Positions 34,525-45,916 of a stretch of DNA of 64,000 nt are shown here, in pieces. The translations under genes and the position numbers were made by a program. The number at the start of each line of letters is the position of its first letter. Positions within the stretch are counted from its first letter, which is position 1. The stretch is from contig JADLGL010000002.1 of NCBI GenBank assembly GCA_020849325.1, forward strand, positions 413-64,412, given 5' to 3'. Below the pieces are notes generated by a model. That model was given only the letters and a program-made list of their open reading frames with translations, was not told where the DNA came from and searched no databases. The DNA comes from Bauldia sp. Its GTDB lineage: Bacteria; Pseudomonadota; Alphaproteobacteria; Rhizobiales; Kaistiaceae.

Positions 34525-35172
34525 ATGAACCGCACCCGTTTCGCCGGATTCCTCGGCGCGATCGCCGCGCTGCCGCTATTGTTTGCCGCGCCGGCGCAGG
34601 CCGACGCGATCGACGACCAGGTGTTGGCCGCCTACAACGGGCTTTCCGAAGAGATGTGCTTCCGCCGCGGGCTGGAGGAGCCCGAGGTCTTCGACCTCAC
34701 CTACCGCCCCGACTTCGAGGGCGCGACGGATGTCGAGTATCGCTTCTACAAGTTCTACTGCGGCTCGGGCGCCTACAACCGTTTCGACGTGTTTTTCTCG
34801 TGGACGGAATATGAAGGCGTCCAGCAGGTTGCTTTCGCCGCACCGACCTTCGACACGAACTGCCGCATGGGCGGCTTCGAGAACTTCGACTGCATGGAAG
34901 TCCTCGACGTCACCGTGACGGGCATGCGCGCCGTCAACCAGATCGTGAACGCCGAGTTCGATCCCGCCACGCGGACGCTGACCGAGAACGCCTGCTGGCG
35001 CGGTGTCTGCGATGCGTCGAGCATCGGCACGTGGCAGTTCCGCGAGGGCAATTTCGTACTGGTCAGCTTCGACATCGACCCCACCTATGACGGCGAGATC
35101 GACCTCGTCCGCATCGTCGACTACGGGCCGATCGATACCGGCCCGGCGCGGCCGACCAAGCAGGCGAAGTAG
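34525..35172 (+). CDS. Secreted Cys-containing hypothetical protein (possibly DUF1176-like)
   Basis: 215-aa ORF with GGAG 6 nt upstream, signal peptide LLFAAPAQADA and eight Cys residues. The family assignment is uncertain. Confidence 0.6.
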   Translation: MNRTRFAGFLGAIAALPLLFAAPAQADAIDDQVLAAYNGLSEEMCFRRGLEEPEVFDLTYRPDFEGATDVEYRFYKFYCGSGAYNRFDVFFSWTEYEGVQQVAFAAPTFDTNCRMGGFENFDCMEVLDVTVTGMRAVNQIVNAEFDPATRTLTENACWRGVCDASSIGTWQFREGNFVLVSFDIDPTYDGEIDLVRIVDYGPIDTGPARPTKQAK

Positions 35173-35182
35173 GCGAAGTAGC

Positions 35183-36172
<990 letters not shown>

Positions 36173-36382
36173 GGCGCTCAGATGCGCACGCGGGGCGGGA
36201 TTGTCCAGCGAAGGCGTGACGCGACGCAGCACTGGCGGTCGATCGCAACATCCGCCGTTCTTCGCTGCCCACCGTCTTGAACGCGCCTTCGCGAGAATCC
36301 ATGTCTTGAGGCGGAGGCTCGACGATGCACGGCGGCCTTCCCCGGCGGTTGCCGAGGATTCCCGCGTGCTTCGGGGGGTGGG

Positions 36383-37507
36383 GTGGTCCGCGTCGTCCTG
36401 TCGTGGCTTCGGCAGTTCTGGACTGCCATCCTTCGTGCGTTCGGCCAGTTCGCGACGTGGATCGCGTGGCCGTTCCGCATGCTGTGGCGGCTGTTCTGGC
36501 GGCAGAACCGCTGGTTCAAGGTCGGCGTCGCCGTCGTGCTTGCGCCGTTCGTCCTCGGCTATGTCCACTTCATCTGGAACGCGGCGTGGATCCGCGGCTA
36601 CGACATCGACTACATCCAGAACCTCGGGATCGAGAACCGCGTTGCAGCGCCGGGCTCGCCGATCGCCGGATCGAACCCGGCTGCCTGCGGCCGATCCTAC
36701 ATCGTCGACGCGACCGCCGACCTCATCGACCTCACCGTCAACCGCAATCTCTGGCTCCCGAGCAACCCGTTCTACAAGGCCGGGTTCTTCTTCCTGCTCG
36801 ACTGGCAGCAGACGAAGTTCTTCGACAACAAGGCGGCGTTCGAGCTGGGGGTCAAGGATGCCATCGGGCGGACCGTGATCGAGCTGACCGACGTCATCGG
36901 CCGGGTCCGCGGCACGACGGCGGCGGACAACGACCTCAACACCGCCCGCGGCCAGCTCCAGTTCGATGAGTACACGTGGGCCTTCAATCCGTTCAGCGAG
37001 CGGCCGTTCGGGCCGACGACGCGGACGCCGACCTACTACGAGAACGCCCGCGAAGCCCTCCTCCGCTACCAGGACAGGCTCGTCGGCTGCGACGCCAGAT
37101 TCGATCCGCGCGCCGACAACCTCCTCGTCTTCCTCGACCGCATCTCGGTTGCCATCGGGTCGCTGCGGGACGGGCTGCTGAACCGGACGCAGACGCATCA
37201 CAGCGGCTGGTTCGACACCCAGGCCGACAACCTCTTCATGAACGCCAAGGGCCAGATGTATGCCTATTACGGCATCCTCGAAGCCGCCCGCGCCGACTTC
37301 GCCGAGATCGTGGAGAGCCGGCAGCTCACCGACATCTGGGACCGGATGATGGGCCACTTCCGCGAGGTCCTGCAGCTCGACCCGATGATCATCTCCAACG
37401 GCCGCGACGATGCGTGGATCATGCCGAACCACGTGACCACGATCGGCTTCTACATCGGCAACGCCCGCGACAACATCGAGGAGCTCACGGACGTTCTGGC
37501 GCAATAG
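36383..37507 (+). CDS. Conserved membrane-anchored hypothetical protein (DUF2333-like)
   Basis: 374-aa ORF with a GTG start. One N-terminal TM segment (FKVGVAVVLAPFVLGYVHFIW). No catalytic motif recognised. The family label is tentative. Confidence 0.6.
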   Translation: MVRVVLSWLRQFWTAILRAFGQFATWIAWPFRMLWRLFWRQNRWFKVGVAVVLAPFVLGYVHFIWNAAWIRGYDIDYIQNLGIENRVAAPGSPIAGSNPAACGRSYIVDATADLIDLTVNRNLWLPSNPFYKAGFFFLLDWQQTKFFDNKAAFELGVKDAIGRTVIELTDVIGRVRGTTAADNDLNTARGQLQFDEYTWAFNPFSERPFGPTTRTPTYYENAREALLRYQDRLVGCDARFDPRADNLLVFLDRISVAIGSLRDGLLNRTQTHHSGWFDTQADNLFMNAKGQMYAYYGILEAARADFAEIVESRQLTDIWDRMMGHFREVLQLDPMIISNGRDDAWIMPNHVTTIGFYIGNARDNIEELTDVLAQ

Positions 37508-37639
37508 CCGGAACGGCGCGGCCTCGCCTGCGCCGGGTGGCGCGCCGCTGGCTCGGCCTGCCGGCTGTTGCTGCTTGGCCCCGCGGCGCGGAAAGCCTAG
37601 AACGCCCTGCCAGCACGCTCACCGCCGCGGAAGTACGCC

Positions 37640-40273
37640 ATGAAACCGGACATCGCCCCGACGCGCCTTGAAGACTATCGCGCGCCGGATTTCGCGATCG
37701 ACCGCGTCCATCTCGATTTCCGGCTCGAGCCGACCGCGACGCGGGTGACCGCGACGCTGGCCCTCCGCCGCGTTCGCGGGTCCGGCCCGCTGCGGCTCGA
37801 CGGGGACGAACTCCGTCTGATCGCCGCCTCACTCGACGGCACGCCGCTCCAGCCCGGCGATTTCGAGGCGGCGGCGGACAGGTTCGTCCTCGCCGCACCG
37901 CCCGCGGGGCCGTTCGAGCTCACGCTCGAAACCGAGATCAACCCGACCGCCAACACGCAGCTGATGGGGCTTTTCCGGTCGGGCCACGCCTACTGCACGC
38001 AGTGCGAGGCCGAAGGGTTCCGGCGGATCACCTACTTCCTCGACCGGCCGGACGTCCTCTCCGTCTACACGACGCGCATCGAGGCGAAGAAGGCCGAGGC
38101 GCCGATCCTTCTCGGCAACGGCAACCCCGGCGAGGCGGGCGACGTGCCGGGCACCGACCGCCATTTCGCCGTGTGGCACGACCCGCACCCGAAGCCGTCC
38201 TACCTCTTTGCCATCGTCGCGGGCGACCTCGGCGCGATCCGCGACACGTTCACGACGATGTCGGGCCGGAAGGTCGATCTCGCGATCCTCTGCGAGCACG
38301 GCAAGGAGGAGCGCTGCTTCCACGCAATGGATTCGCTGAAGCGCTCGATGAAGTGGGACGAGGACGCTTTCGGCCGCGAGTACGATCTCGACGTGTTCAA
38401 CGTCGTCGCCGTGTCCGATTTCAACATGGGCGCGATGGAGAACAAGGGTCTCAACGTCTTCAACGACCGCTTCGTGCTGGCCGATTCAGACACCGCCACC
38501 GACGGCGACTACGCTTACATCGAGGGCGTCATCGCCCACGAATATTTCCACAACTGGACCGGCAACCGCATCACCTGCCGGGACTGGTTCCAGCTCTGCC
38601 TCAAGGAAGGCCTGACCGTCTATCGCGACCAGGAGTTCTCGGCCGACATGCTGTCCCGCCCGGTGAAGCGGATCGAGGACGTCCGGACGCTCAAGGCGCG
38701 CCAGTTCCCGGAGGACGGCGGCCCCCTCGCCCATCCGGTGCGGCCCGAGACCTACCTCGAGATCAACAACTTCTATACGGCGACCGTCTACGAGAAGGGC
38801 GCCGAGCTCGTCCGGATGATCCACACCGTCCTCGGGCCGGAAGGGTTTCGCGCCGGCATGGACCGGTACTTCGCCGAGAACGACGGCACGGCCGCGACCG
38901 TCGAGGACTTCGTCACCGCCTTCGAGGAGGCGACGGACACCGATCTCACCCACTTCAAGCTCTGGTACTCGCAGGCCGGCACGCCCGAGATCGTCGCCAA
39001 GGGTCACTACGACGCCGCCTCCAGGCGCTACACGCTGAACCTTGCCCAGGCGACGCCGCCGACGCCGGGCCAGCAGGTGAAGCGGCCGCTGCACGTGCCG
39101 ATCCGCTTCGGCCTGATCGGCCCGAACGGCGAGGACCTCGATTTCACCCGCGTTTCGGGCGCGCGGCGGACCGGCGACGTCATCCATCTCACCGAGGCGT
39201 CGCAGACGGTGGAGTTCGAGGGCGTCGCGGCCCGGCCGGTGCCGTCGCTCCTCCGCGGCTTCTCCGCCCCGGTGCGGCTCTCGATCGACCTTTCGGCCGA
39301 CGACCTCGTCTTCCTCCTCCGCACCGACAGCGATCCGTTCAACCGCTGGCAGGTCGCGCAGATGCTGGAGATGCGTGCCCTCGTCGCCGCGGTCGCCGCG
39401 ATCCGTGGCGGCACGCCGGTGCCGGACAGCACGGTGCTCGCCGACGCGCTCGTCGCCGCGGTCGAGACGGCAACGCTCGACCCGTCGCTCCGGGCGCAGA
39501 TCCTCACCCTCCCTTCGGAGTCGGAGGTCGCGCGCGAGATCGGCCGCGACGTCGATCCCGACGCGATCGCCCTCGCCCGCGACGGCCTCCGCGCCTCGCT
39601 GGCGCAGCGCCTCGGCGACCGGCTGGCGCGCGTCCGCGAGGGCATCACGGAACCGCGGGCCTATCGCCCGGACGCCGCCGGCACCGGCGCCCGCTCGCTC
39701 CGGAACGCCATCCTCGACCTCCTCGTCGCCGGTGGCGGCGATGCCGCGATCGAGACCGCGGCGCGCCAGTTCCGCACCGCCGACAACATGACCGACCGGC
39801 TCGCCGCGCTCGCGGCGCTCAACCGCACGCGCTCGCCGCACCGGCGGGAGGCGCTCCAGGCCTTCCGCCAGCGCTACGAGGGCGATGCGCTCGTGCTCGA
39901 CAAATGGCTGGCGCTCGAAGCCACCGCGCCGTCACCCGAGACGCTGCCGCGCGTCCGCGAACTGATGAACGATCCCGCGTTCTCCGCCACCAACCCGAAC
40001 CGCATCCGCGCCCTCGTCGGCAGCTTCGCCGCCGCGAACCAGGTGCAGTTCAACCGGATGGACGGCGCGGGCTACGACCTCGTCGCCGACGTCGTCCTCG
40101 GCCTCGACGCAAAGAATCCGCAGACCGCCGCGCGCATCCTGGTCTCGTTCCGCTCCTGGCGGGCGCTCGAGGAGAAGCGGCGGATCGCGGCAGAGCGGAC
40201 GCTGCGCCGGGTCGCGGCAAGCGCGAACCTGTCGCGCGACGTCACGGACATCGTCACGCGGACACTGGCGTAG
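37640..40273 (+). CDS. pepN: Aminopeptidase N (M1 family)
   Basis: 877-aa ORF. GAMEN motif (NMGAMENKG), HEYFHNWTGNR zinc site and downstream LKEGLTVY glutamate. Confidence 0.93.
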   Translation: MKPDIAPTRLEDYRAPDFAIDRVHLDFRLEPTATRVTATLALRRVRGSGPLRLDGDELRLIAASLDGTPLQPGDFEAAADRFVLAAPPAGPFELTLETEINPTANTQLMGLFRSGHAYCTQCEAEGFRRITYFLDRPDVLSVYTTRIEAKKAEAPILLGNGNPGEAGDVPGTDRHFAVWHDPHPKPSYLFAIVAGDLGAIRDTFTTMSGRKVDLAILCEHGKEERCFHAMDSLKRSMKWDEDAFGREYDLDVFNVVAVSDFNMGAMENKGLNVFNDRFVLADSDTATDGDYAYIEGVIAHEYFHNWTGNRITCRDWFQLCLKEGLTVYRDQEFSADMLSRPVKRIEDVRTLKARQFPEDGGPLAHPVRPETYLEINNFYTATVYEKGAELVRMIHTVLGPEGFRAGMDRYFAENDGTAATVEDFVTAFEEATDTDLTHFKLWYSQAGTPEIVAKGHYDAASRRYTLNLAQATPPTPGQQVKRPLHVPIRFGLIGPNGEDLDFTRVSGARRTGDVIHLTEASQTVEFEGVAARPVPSLLRGFSAPVRLSIDLSADDLVFLLRTDSDPFNRWQVAQMLEMRALVAAVAAIRGGTPVPDSTVLADALVAAVETATLDPSLRAQILTLPSESEVAREIGRDVDPDAIALARDGLRASLAQRLGDRLARVREGITEPRAYRPDAAGTGARSLRNAILDLLVAGGGDAAIETAARQFRTADNMTDRLAALAALNRTRSPHRREALQAFRQRYEGDALVLDKWLALEATAPSPETLPRVRELMNDPAFSATNPNRIRALVGSFAAANQVQFNRMDGAGYDLVADVVLGLDAKNPQTAARILVSFRSWRALEEKRRIAAERTLRRVAASANLSRDVTDIVTRTLA

Positions 40274-40325
40274 CGCCGCACGACTTCGTTATCGCCGCGT
40301 TAACCCTTTTCCATCTGGACAAGGT

Positions 40326-40355
40326 GATTCGCCTCGATTCAAATCCGACTGATTC
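40326..40355. promoter_or_regulatory. Cluster of three GANTC (CcrM-type methylation) sites in the PleC-like kinase leader/promoter
   Basis: GATTC at 40326-40330, 40336-40340 and 40351-40355, lying 45-74 nt upstream of the ATG at 40400. TTAACC is at 40300-40305. Confidence 0.4.
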
Positions 40356-40399
40356 GGGGAGCGGGAAACCTCGAATTCGTAGCGAAATCGGGGGTCTCC

Positions 40400-42736
40400 A
40401 TGGGGCCGGCACAGCGTGCTGCCGCGTCCGGTCGATGGCTTGTGCCGGTCTGGCAGCGGCTCCGGGGCGGTCGCAAGGGCCTGTCCGGGCACGCGCGGCT
40501 GAGCGCCGATCCGTCCTACCAGCGCATGCTGGCCGCCGAGCCGCTCCTGAAGCGGCTCATCCCGGTCCTCATCGTCATCTTCCTCTGCATCGTCGCTGCG
40601 ACCCGCTACGTCCAGCTCGTCGAGATGCGCCACGACGAGGAGGCCTTCGCGCAGCAGCAGATCGCGATGCTGTCCGCCCTCATCGGCCAGTCGCTCACCA
40701 GCAGTGAGGCCACGTTGCCCGAAGAGGGCTTCGAGGCCGCGGTCCGAACCGCGATCGCCGACATCGTCCCGGCCGGCGCGCTCGCCGACGGGCGGCGGGT
40801 GATCGTCACCGACCGGAACGGCGCCGTCGCGGCCCACCTTCCGGCGAGCGATACGACCATCGTCGGCGGCCGGCTCGTCGCGCAGGTGCAGGCGCTCCTC
40901 GCAACGGGCGCCGGCACCACCGAAGTCCGCCTCGACGACGGCAGCATCGCCTTCGCCGCGGCGCGGGCGCTGCCGGGCCGGCTCGGGACCGTCGTCGTGG
41001 TCGCCCCGATCGACGCCATCATGCAGGAGTGGCGCGGCGAGGTTTCGCTGAACGTGTCGATCTTCGTCGGCACGAGCGCGATCCTCCTCATCATCCTCTA
41101 CGGCTATTTCGCCCAGGCAACGCGCGCCAACGAGGCCGACCGCATCTACGCCGAGACGAATACGCGGCTCGACGCCGCGCTCGCCCGCGGGCGCTGCGGG
41201 CTGTGGGACTGGGACCTCGCGAGCGGCCGGATGTTCTGGTCGAAATCGATGTTCGAAATCCTCGGCATGACGCCGCGGGACGAACTCCTCGGCTTCGGCG
41301 AAGCCAACCGGCTCGTCCATCCCGAGGACGGCGACCTCATGTCCCTCGCCGAGCACCTCTACGACACCGGCACGACGAGCGTCGACCGCATGTTCCGCAT
41401 GCGCCACGCCGACGGCCGCTGGGTGTGGCTGCGCGCCCGCGCCGAGCTTTCCGGCGAGACGGGCGAGCCGCACCTCATCGGCATTGCCGTCGATACCAGC
41501 GAGCTGATCCGCCAGGCGGAGCGCAACAAGACCGCCGACATCCGCCTCAGGGACGCGATCGAGACGATCTCGGAGGCCTTCGTTCTCTGGGATTCCGAGA
41601 ACCGGCTCGTGATGTGCAATTCGAAGTACCAGCAGCTCTACGGCCTGCCGGACGCCGCCGTGCAGCGCGGCACGCCGTATGACGAGGTGATGCGCGCCGG
41701 GCGGAAGCCGGTGGTGCGGGCGCAGATTCCCGGCGACGACGGGCAGGAAATCGGCTCGCAGTCGTTCGAGGCGCTCCTCGAGGACGGGCGCTGGCTGCAG
41801 GTCAACGAGCGCGCGACCAAGGACGGCGGGTTCGTCTCGGTCGGCACCGACATCACGCAGCTCAAGCGCCATGAGGAGCGGCTCGTCGAGGGCCAGCGCC
41901 TTCACATGGCGACGATCGCCGACCTTCGTCAGTCGCGGCAGTGGCTGGAGCAGCAGGCGCAGCAGGTGGTCGAACTCGCCGACAACCTCGCGGTGGAGAA
42001 GGAAAACGCCCTCAAGGCGAGCAACGTGAAGTCGGAATTCCTGGCCAATATCAGCCACGAGCTCCGGACGCCGCTCAACGCCATCATCGGCTTCTCGGAG
42101 ATCATGCAGTCGGGCCTCCTCGGCCCGCTCGGCTCGGAGAAGTACGGCGAGTACTGCCGCGACATCTACGAGAGCGGCACCTACCTCCTCGGCGTCATCA
42201 ACGACATTCTCGACATGTCGCGGATCGAAGCGGGCCGCGTGCCGCTCGCGATCGAGACCCTCGCGGTCGACCAGATCGTCGAGGAATCGATCCGCGTCGT
42301 CTCCGGCCAGGCCAGCCGCCAGCACCTCAACGTGAAGTCCGAGATCGAGGCCGGCCTCCGCATCGAGGGCGACCGCCGCTCGATCAAGCAGATCCTCCTC
42401 AACCTCCTCTCGAACGCGGTGAAATTCACGCCCGACGGCGGCTGCATCACCGTCAGGGCCCGCCGCGTCGGCGACGCCACGATGCGCATCTCGATCAAGG
42501 ACACCGGCATCGGCATCCCGAAGGCCGCGATCGGCAAGCTCGGCACGCCGTTCGAGCAGGTGCAGAACCAGTTCACCAAGAGCCACAAGGGGTCCGGCCT
42601 CGGCCTTGCGATCACCCGCTCGCTCGCCGAACTCCATGGCGGCTCGCTGCGAATCCGCTCGCGCGAGGGTACGGGCACGGTCGTGTCGGTGCGGCTGCCC
42701 GTGGAGCAGCCAGCCGCGGTGGAGGAGACCGCGTAG
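40400..42736 (+). CDS. PAS-domain sensor histidine kinase, PleC-like
   Basis: 778-aa ORF. TM, periplasmic-size loop, TM, then PAS-like regions (WDWDLASGRMFWS; ISEAFVLWDSENRLVMCN). H-box ANISHELRTPLNAIIGFSEIM. N and G boxes LLSNAVKFT, DTGIGI, GSGLGLAI. Confidence 0.82.
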   Translation: MGPAQRAAASGRWLVPVWQRLRGGRKGLSGHARLSADPSYQRMLAAEPLLKRLIPVLIVIFLCIVAATRYVQLVEMRHDEEAFAQQQIAMLSALIGQSLTSSEATLPEEGFEAAVRTAIADIVPAGALADGRRVIVTDRNGAVAAHLPASDTTIVGGRLVAQVQALLATGAGTTEVRLDDGSIAFAAARALPGRLGTVVVVAPIDAIMQEWRGEVSLNVSIFVGTSAILLIILYGYFAQATRANEADRIYAETNTRLDAALARGRCGLWDWDLASGRMFWSKSMFEILGMTPRDELLGFGEANRLVHPEDGDLMSLAEHLYDTGTTSVDRMFRMRHADGRWVWLRARAELSGETGEPHLIGIAVDTSELIRQAERNKTADIRLRDAIETISEAFVLWDSENRLVMCNSKYQQLYGLPDAAVQRGTPYDEVMRAGRKPVVRAQIPGDDGQEIGSQSFEALLEDGRWLQVNERATKDGGFVSVGTDITQLKRHEERLVEGQRLHMATIADLRQSRQWLEQQAQQVVELADNLAVEKENALKASNVKSEFLANISHELRTPLNAIIGFSEIMQSGLLGPLGSEKYGEYCRDIYESGTYLLGVINDILDMSRIEAGRVPLAIETLAVDQIVEESIRVVSGQASRQHLNVKSEIEAGLRIEGDRRSIKQILLNLLSNAVKFTPDGGCITVRARRVGDATMRISIKDTGIGIPKAAIGKLGTPFEQVQNQFTKSHKGSGLGLAITRSLAELHGGSLRIRSREGTGTVVSVRLPVEQPAAVEETA

Positions 42737-42955
42737 GGCTGGCTCCGACGCACAAATGACAACGTCGGCGCGACATCCGTCGGCCCTGTGACTGGTGGTT
42801 CGACGCATTCGGCGAGGCGCCGCCCGCGCCCAACGGGCGTCTGCGGCGGACGATGCGGTCCCCCGCTCCCTGGCATGCCGAGTGCAACGCCCGCCCGGCT
42901 TCGTGCGGAGGGACCCGTAGCGGCCGTTCGTGCCGGGCGACGAGGCGCGGCCTCC

Positions 42956-45916
42956 TCAACGCCTTGCCGGCTTCACCTTGCCGATCAGCCGTTCGAACAC
43001 GCCGCGGACCGCCGCTTCCGTCGCGATCAGGTGTGCCTCCAGCCGCCCGAAGTCGGGCATTTCGCCGGTCACCGCCAGGAAGGAGCGGAGGCCGCCGGGG
43101 GCTTCGTCGGGCTTCAGCGTGCCGTCGATGCAGAGGCGGAGGACCTGGTTGAGGTTCTGGTAGAGGCGGATCGCCGGCAGGAGGAGATCGGCGTCGGCCG
43201 GCGCGAGGAGACCGCGCGCCGCGCAGGCCCTGAGGACCGCTTCCGTTTCGCCGGCGACGATCGACGGCTGCGCGTGCGCGTGGCGGAGCTCGAGCGACTG
43301 GGCGATGAACTCGACGTCGACGAGGCCGCCCGGCGCCTGCTTCAGGTCCCACACGCCGCCGCCCTTCTCGGCTTCGACGAGCGCGCGCATGTCGAGGACG
43401 TCGGCGATCACCTTCGCCGGGTCGCGCGGGCGGCAGAGCGCGGTCTCGATCGCCGTCGCCGCCTTCTTCATCAGCGCCGCATTGCCGGCTACGGGCCGGG
43501 CGCGGGTGAGCGCCATGTGCTCCCACGTCCAGGCCTCGTTCGCCTGATAGGCGGTGAATGCGTCGAGGCTGGTCGCCAGCGGACCCGAATTGCCGGACGG
43601 ACGAAGCCGGAAGTCGACCTCGTAGAGACGCCCCTCCGAGGTCGGGGCCGAGATCGCCGCGACGAGCCGCTGGGTCAGCCGGGTGTAGTACGCCGAAGGG
43701 GCGAGCGGCCGGCTCCCCGACGACCCGGTGGTGCCGGCGGGCACGTCGTAGAGGATGATGAGGTCGAGGTCGGAGGAGGCGGTCATCTCGCGGCCGCCGA
43801 GCCGGCCGAGCGCGACGAGCGCCACCTTGCCGCCCGGCATCGGCCCGTGGGCTTCGGCGAGCTGCTCCGACGCGAGTTTCAGGCAGGCGCCGACGAGGAG
43901 CTCGGCGAGCTCCGTGTAGGCGCGGCCGGCGCGCGGCGCGTCGATCGCGCCGGCGAGGATGCGGACACCGATGAGGAACGCCTGCTCCTGCCCGAAAATG
44001 CGGGCGCGGTTGAGGGCATCCTCGTAGGACACCGCTTCGGCCAGCGTCAGGTCGAGGCGCGGCGCGAGCGTCGTCCTGTCCGGCAGCGTGCCGAAGAAGG
44101 CGGGCGTCAGGATGCCGTCGAGGACGTGCGGGCGGCGCGTCACGATTTCCGCGAGGCGCGGGGCGGTGCCGAGGATGCGGGCGAGGAGGTCGAGGAGGCG
44201 CGGGTTCGAGCCGACGAGCGCGAAGAGCTGCACGCCGGCGGGAAGCTGCGCCATGAACCGGTCGAAGGCGAGGAAGGCGGCGTCGGCGTTGTCCGTGCGG
44301 GCGAGCGCGTCGAGGAGCGCGGGCGTGATCTCGGTCAGCCGCTCGCGCGCGCTCGCCGAGCGCATCGCAGCGTAGCGGCCGTGGTGCCAGCCGCGGATGG
44401 TGCGGCTGACGCCGGCCGGGTCGGAGAAGCCGAGCCGACCGAGGGTCGCCACCGTCTCGGGGTCCTCGTCGTTGCCGGTGAAGACGAGGCTGCCCGTCGC
44501 GGTCGAGAGCGCGGGAGCGTTCTCGAACAGGCGGGAATAATGGCGCTGGACGGTTTCGAGGCGCGGGAGGAGCGCGCGTTCGAGGTCGGCCGTGCCGCGC
44601 CAGCCGGAGAGGCGCGCGACGCCGGCAAGCGGTTTCGGCTCGGATGGCAGCGTGTGGGTCTGCTCGTCGGCGACCATCTGGATGCGGTGCTCCAGGCGGC
44701 GGAGGAAGCGATAGGCCTCCGCAAGCTCGGACGCCGCCTCGGGCGTGATCCAGCTTTCGGCGGCGAGCTGGTCGAGCATGTCGAGCGTGCGGCGGCCGCG
44801 CAGGGCGACGCTCCGGCCGCCGAAGATGAGCTGCTGCGTCTGGACGAAGAACTCGATCTCGCGGATGCCGCCGCGGCCGAGCTTCAGATTGTGGCCGGCG
44901 ACCGCGATCGTCTCGTGGCCGCGGAAATCGTGGATCTGCCGCTTGATCGAATGGATGTCCGATATCGCGGCGTAGTCGAGATATTTTCGCCAGATGAACG
45001 GCACGAGGCGGAGGAGGAAATCCTCGGCGGCCGCGATGTCGCCGGCGGCAGGCCGCGCCTTGATCATCGCCGCGCGTTCCCAGTTCTGGCCCTGGCTCTC
45101 GTAGTAGAGGAGCGCCGCTTCGGTCGCGATCGCGACCGCAGTCGAGCCGGGATCGGGGCGGAGGCGGAGGTCGACGCGAAAGACGTAGCCGTCCGCGGTG
45201 CGTTCCTGGAGGAGATGGACGAGGCGCCGGGTGATGCGGACGTAGAGGCGACCGGGCTCGGTCGACGGGGCGAGGTTGGCGGCGGCCGGATCGAACAGCG
45301 TGATGAGGTCGATGTCGCTGGAGTAGTTGAGTTCGCCCGCGCCGTGCTTTCCCATCGCGAGGATCAACCAGCCCGAGCCGCGGCCGGGATCCTCGGGGTC
45401 GGGGAGGACGAGCGTGCCGGCGTCGTGCTCCTGGCGGAGGAGCCACGCCGTCGCCGCGCCGACCGCCGCATCGGCGAACGCGGTGAGCGCCCCCGTGACC
45501 TGGTCGACGGTCCACGCCCCGCCGAGATCGGCAAGCGCGACGAGGAGGGCGAACTCGGCGCGGAGCGTCCGGAGGCCGGTCATCAGCCCCTCCTCGCCGG
45601 CGCCGCGCCAGGCACCGGCCGTCGCTGCGACCAACCGCGCTGCTTCGGCGTCCGGGTCGGTCGCGAGCAGGCGGAGGAGCCGCGCCGGATCGTCGAGAAC
45701 GAGGCCGCGGAGGAAGGGCGATTCCGCCATCGTGCCGGCGATCAGCTGCGCCACCCTCTGGTCTGCGGTTGCCGCGGCGAGCGCCGGCGCGGCCCTGGAC
45801 AGGGTAGCCGCCGACAGCGCGGCGAGTTGGGTCTTCGCCGCCGCCTTCGTTACGACGGGAAGCGCCGCGCCAGGACGGGGCGCGAGCGACGCGGCGGACT
45901 GTTTTCGCGGCGTCAC
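42956..45916 (-). CDS. glnE: Bifunctional glutamine synthetase adenylyltransferase/adenylyl-removing enzyme
   Basis: In-frame part of track ORF 42956..47119. GTG at 45916 overlaps the upstream kinase stop (GTGA at 45913-45916). Two nucleotidyltransferase motifs: GKHGAGELNYSSDIDLITLF and LGRLGGREMTASSDLDLIILY. Confidence 0.9.
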   Translation of the reverse strand: MTPRKQSAASLAPRPGAALPVVTKAAAKTQLAALSAATLSRAAPALAAATADQRVAQLIAGTMAESPFLRGLVLDDPARLLRLLATDPDAEAARLVAATAGAWRGAGEEGLMTGLRTLRAEFALLVALADLGGAWTVDQVTGALTAFADAAVGAATAWLLRQEHDAGTLVLPDPEDPGRGSGWLILAMGKHGAGELNYSSDIDLITLFDPAAANLAPSTEPGRLYVRITRRLVHLLQERTADGYVFRVDLRLRPDPGSTAVAIATEAALLYYESQGQNWERAAMIKARPAAGDIAAAEDFLLRLVPFIWRKYLDYAAISDIHSIKRQIHDFRGHETIAVAGHNLKLGRGGIREIEFFVQTQQLIFGGRSVALRGRRTLDMLDQLAAESWITPEAASELAEAYRFLRRLEHRIQMVADEQTHTLPSEPKPLAGVARLSGWRGTADLERALLPRLETVQRHYSRLFENAPALSTATGSLVFTGNDEDPETVATLGRLGFSDPAGVSRTIRGWHHGRYAAMRSASARERLTEITPALLDALARTDNADAAFLAFDRFMAQLPAGVQLFALVGSNPRLLDLLARILGTAPRLAEIVTRRPHVLDGILTPAFFGTLPDRTTLAPRLDLTLAEAVSYEDALNRARIFGQEQAFLIGVRILAGAIDAPRAGRAYTELAELLVGACLKLASEQLAEAHGPMPGGKVALVALGRLGGREMTASSDLDLIILYDVPAGTTGSSGSRPLAPSAYYTRLTQRLVAAISAPTSEGRLYEVDFRLRPSGNSGPLATSLDAFTAYQANEAWTWEHMALTRARPVAGNAALMKKAATAIETALCRPRDPAKVIADVLDMRALVEAEKGGGVWDLKQAPGGLVDVEFIAQSLELRHAHAQPSIVAGETEAVLRACAARGLLAPADADLLLPAIRLYQNLNQVLRLCIDGTLKPDEAPGGLRSFLAVTGEMPDFGRLEAHLIATEAAVRGVFERLIGKVKPARR

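Noticed and set aside
35164-35181. Tandem 9-bp duplication GCGAAGTAG GCGAAGTAG that includes the stop codon of the 34525..35172 gene and fills the 10-nt gap to the convergent dusA stop.
   Set aside because: It is real in the sequence, but it is most simply a slipped-strand duplication with no functional consequence because the first TAG already terminates translation.
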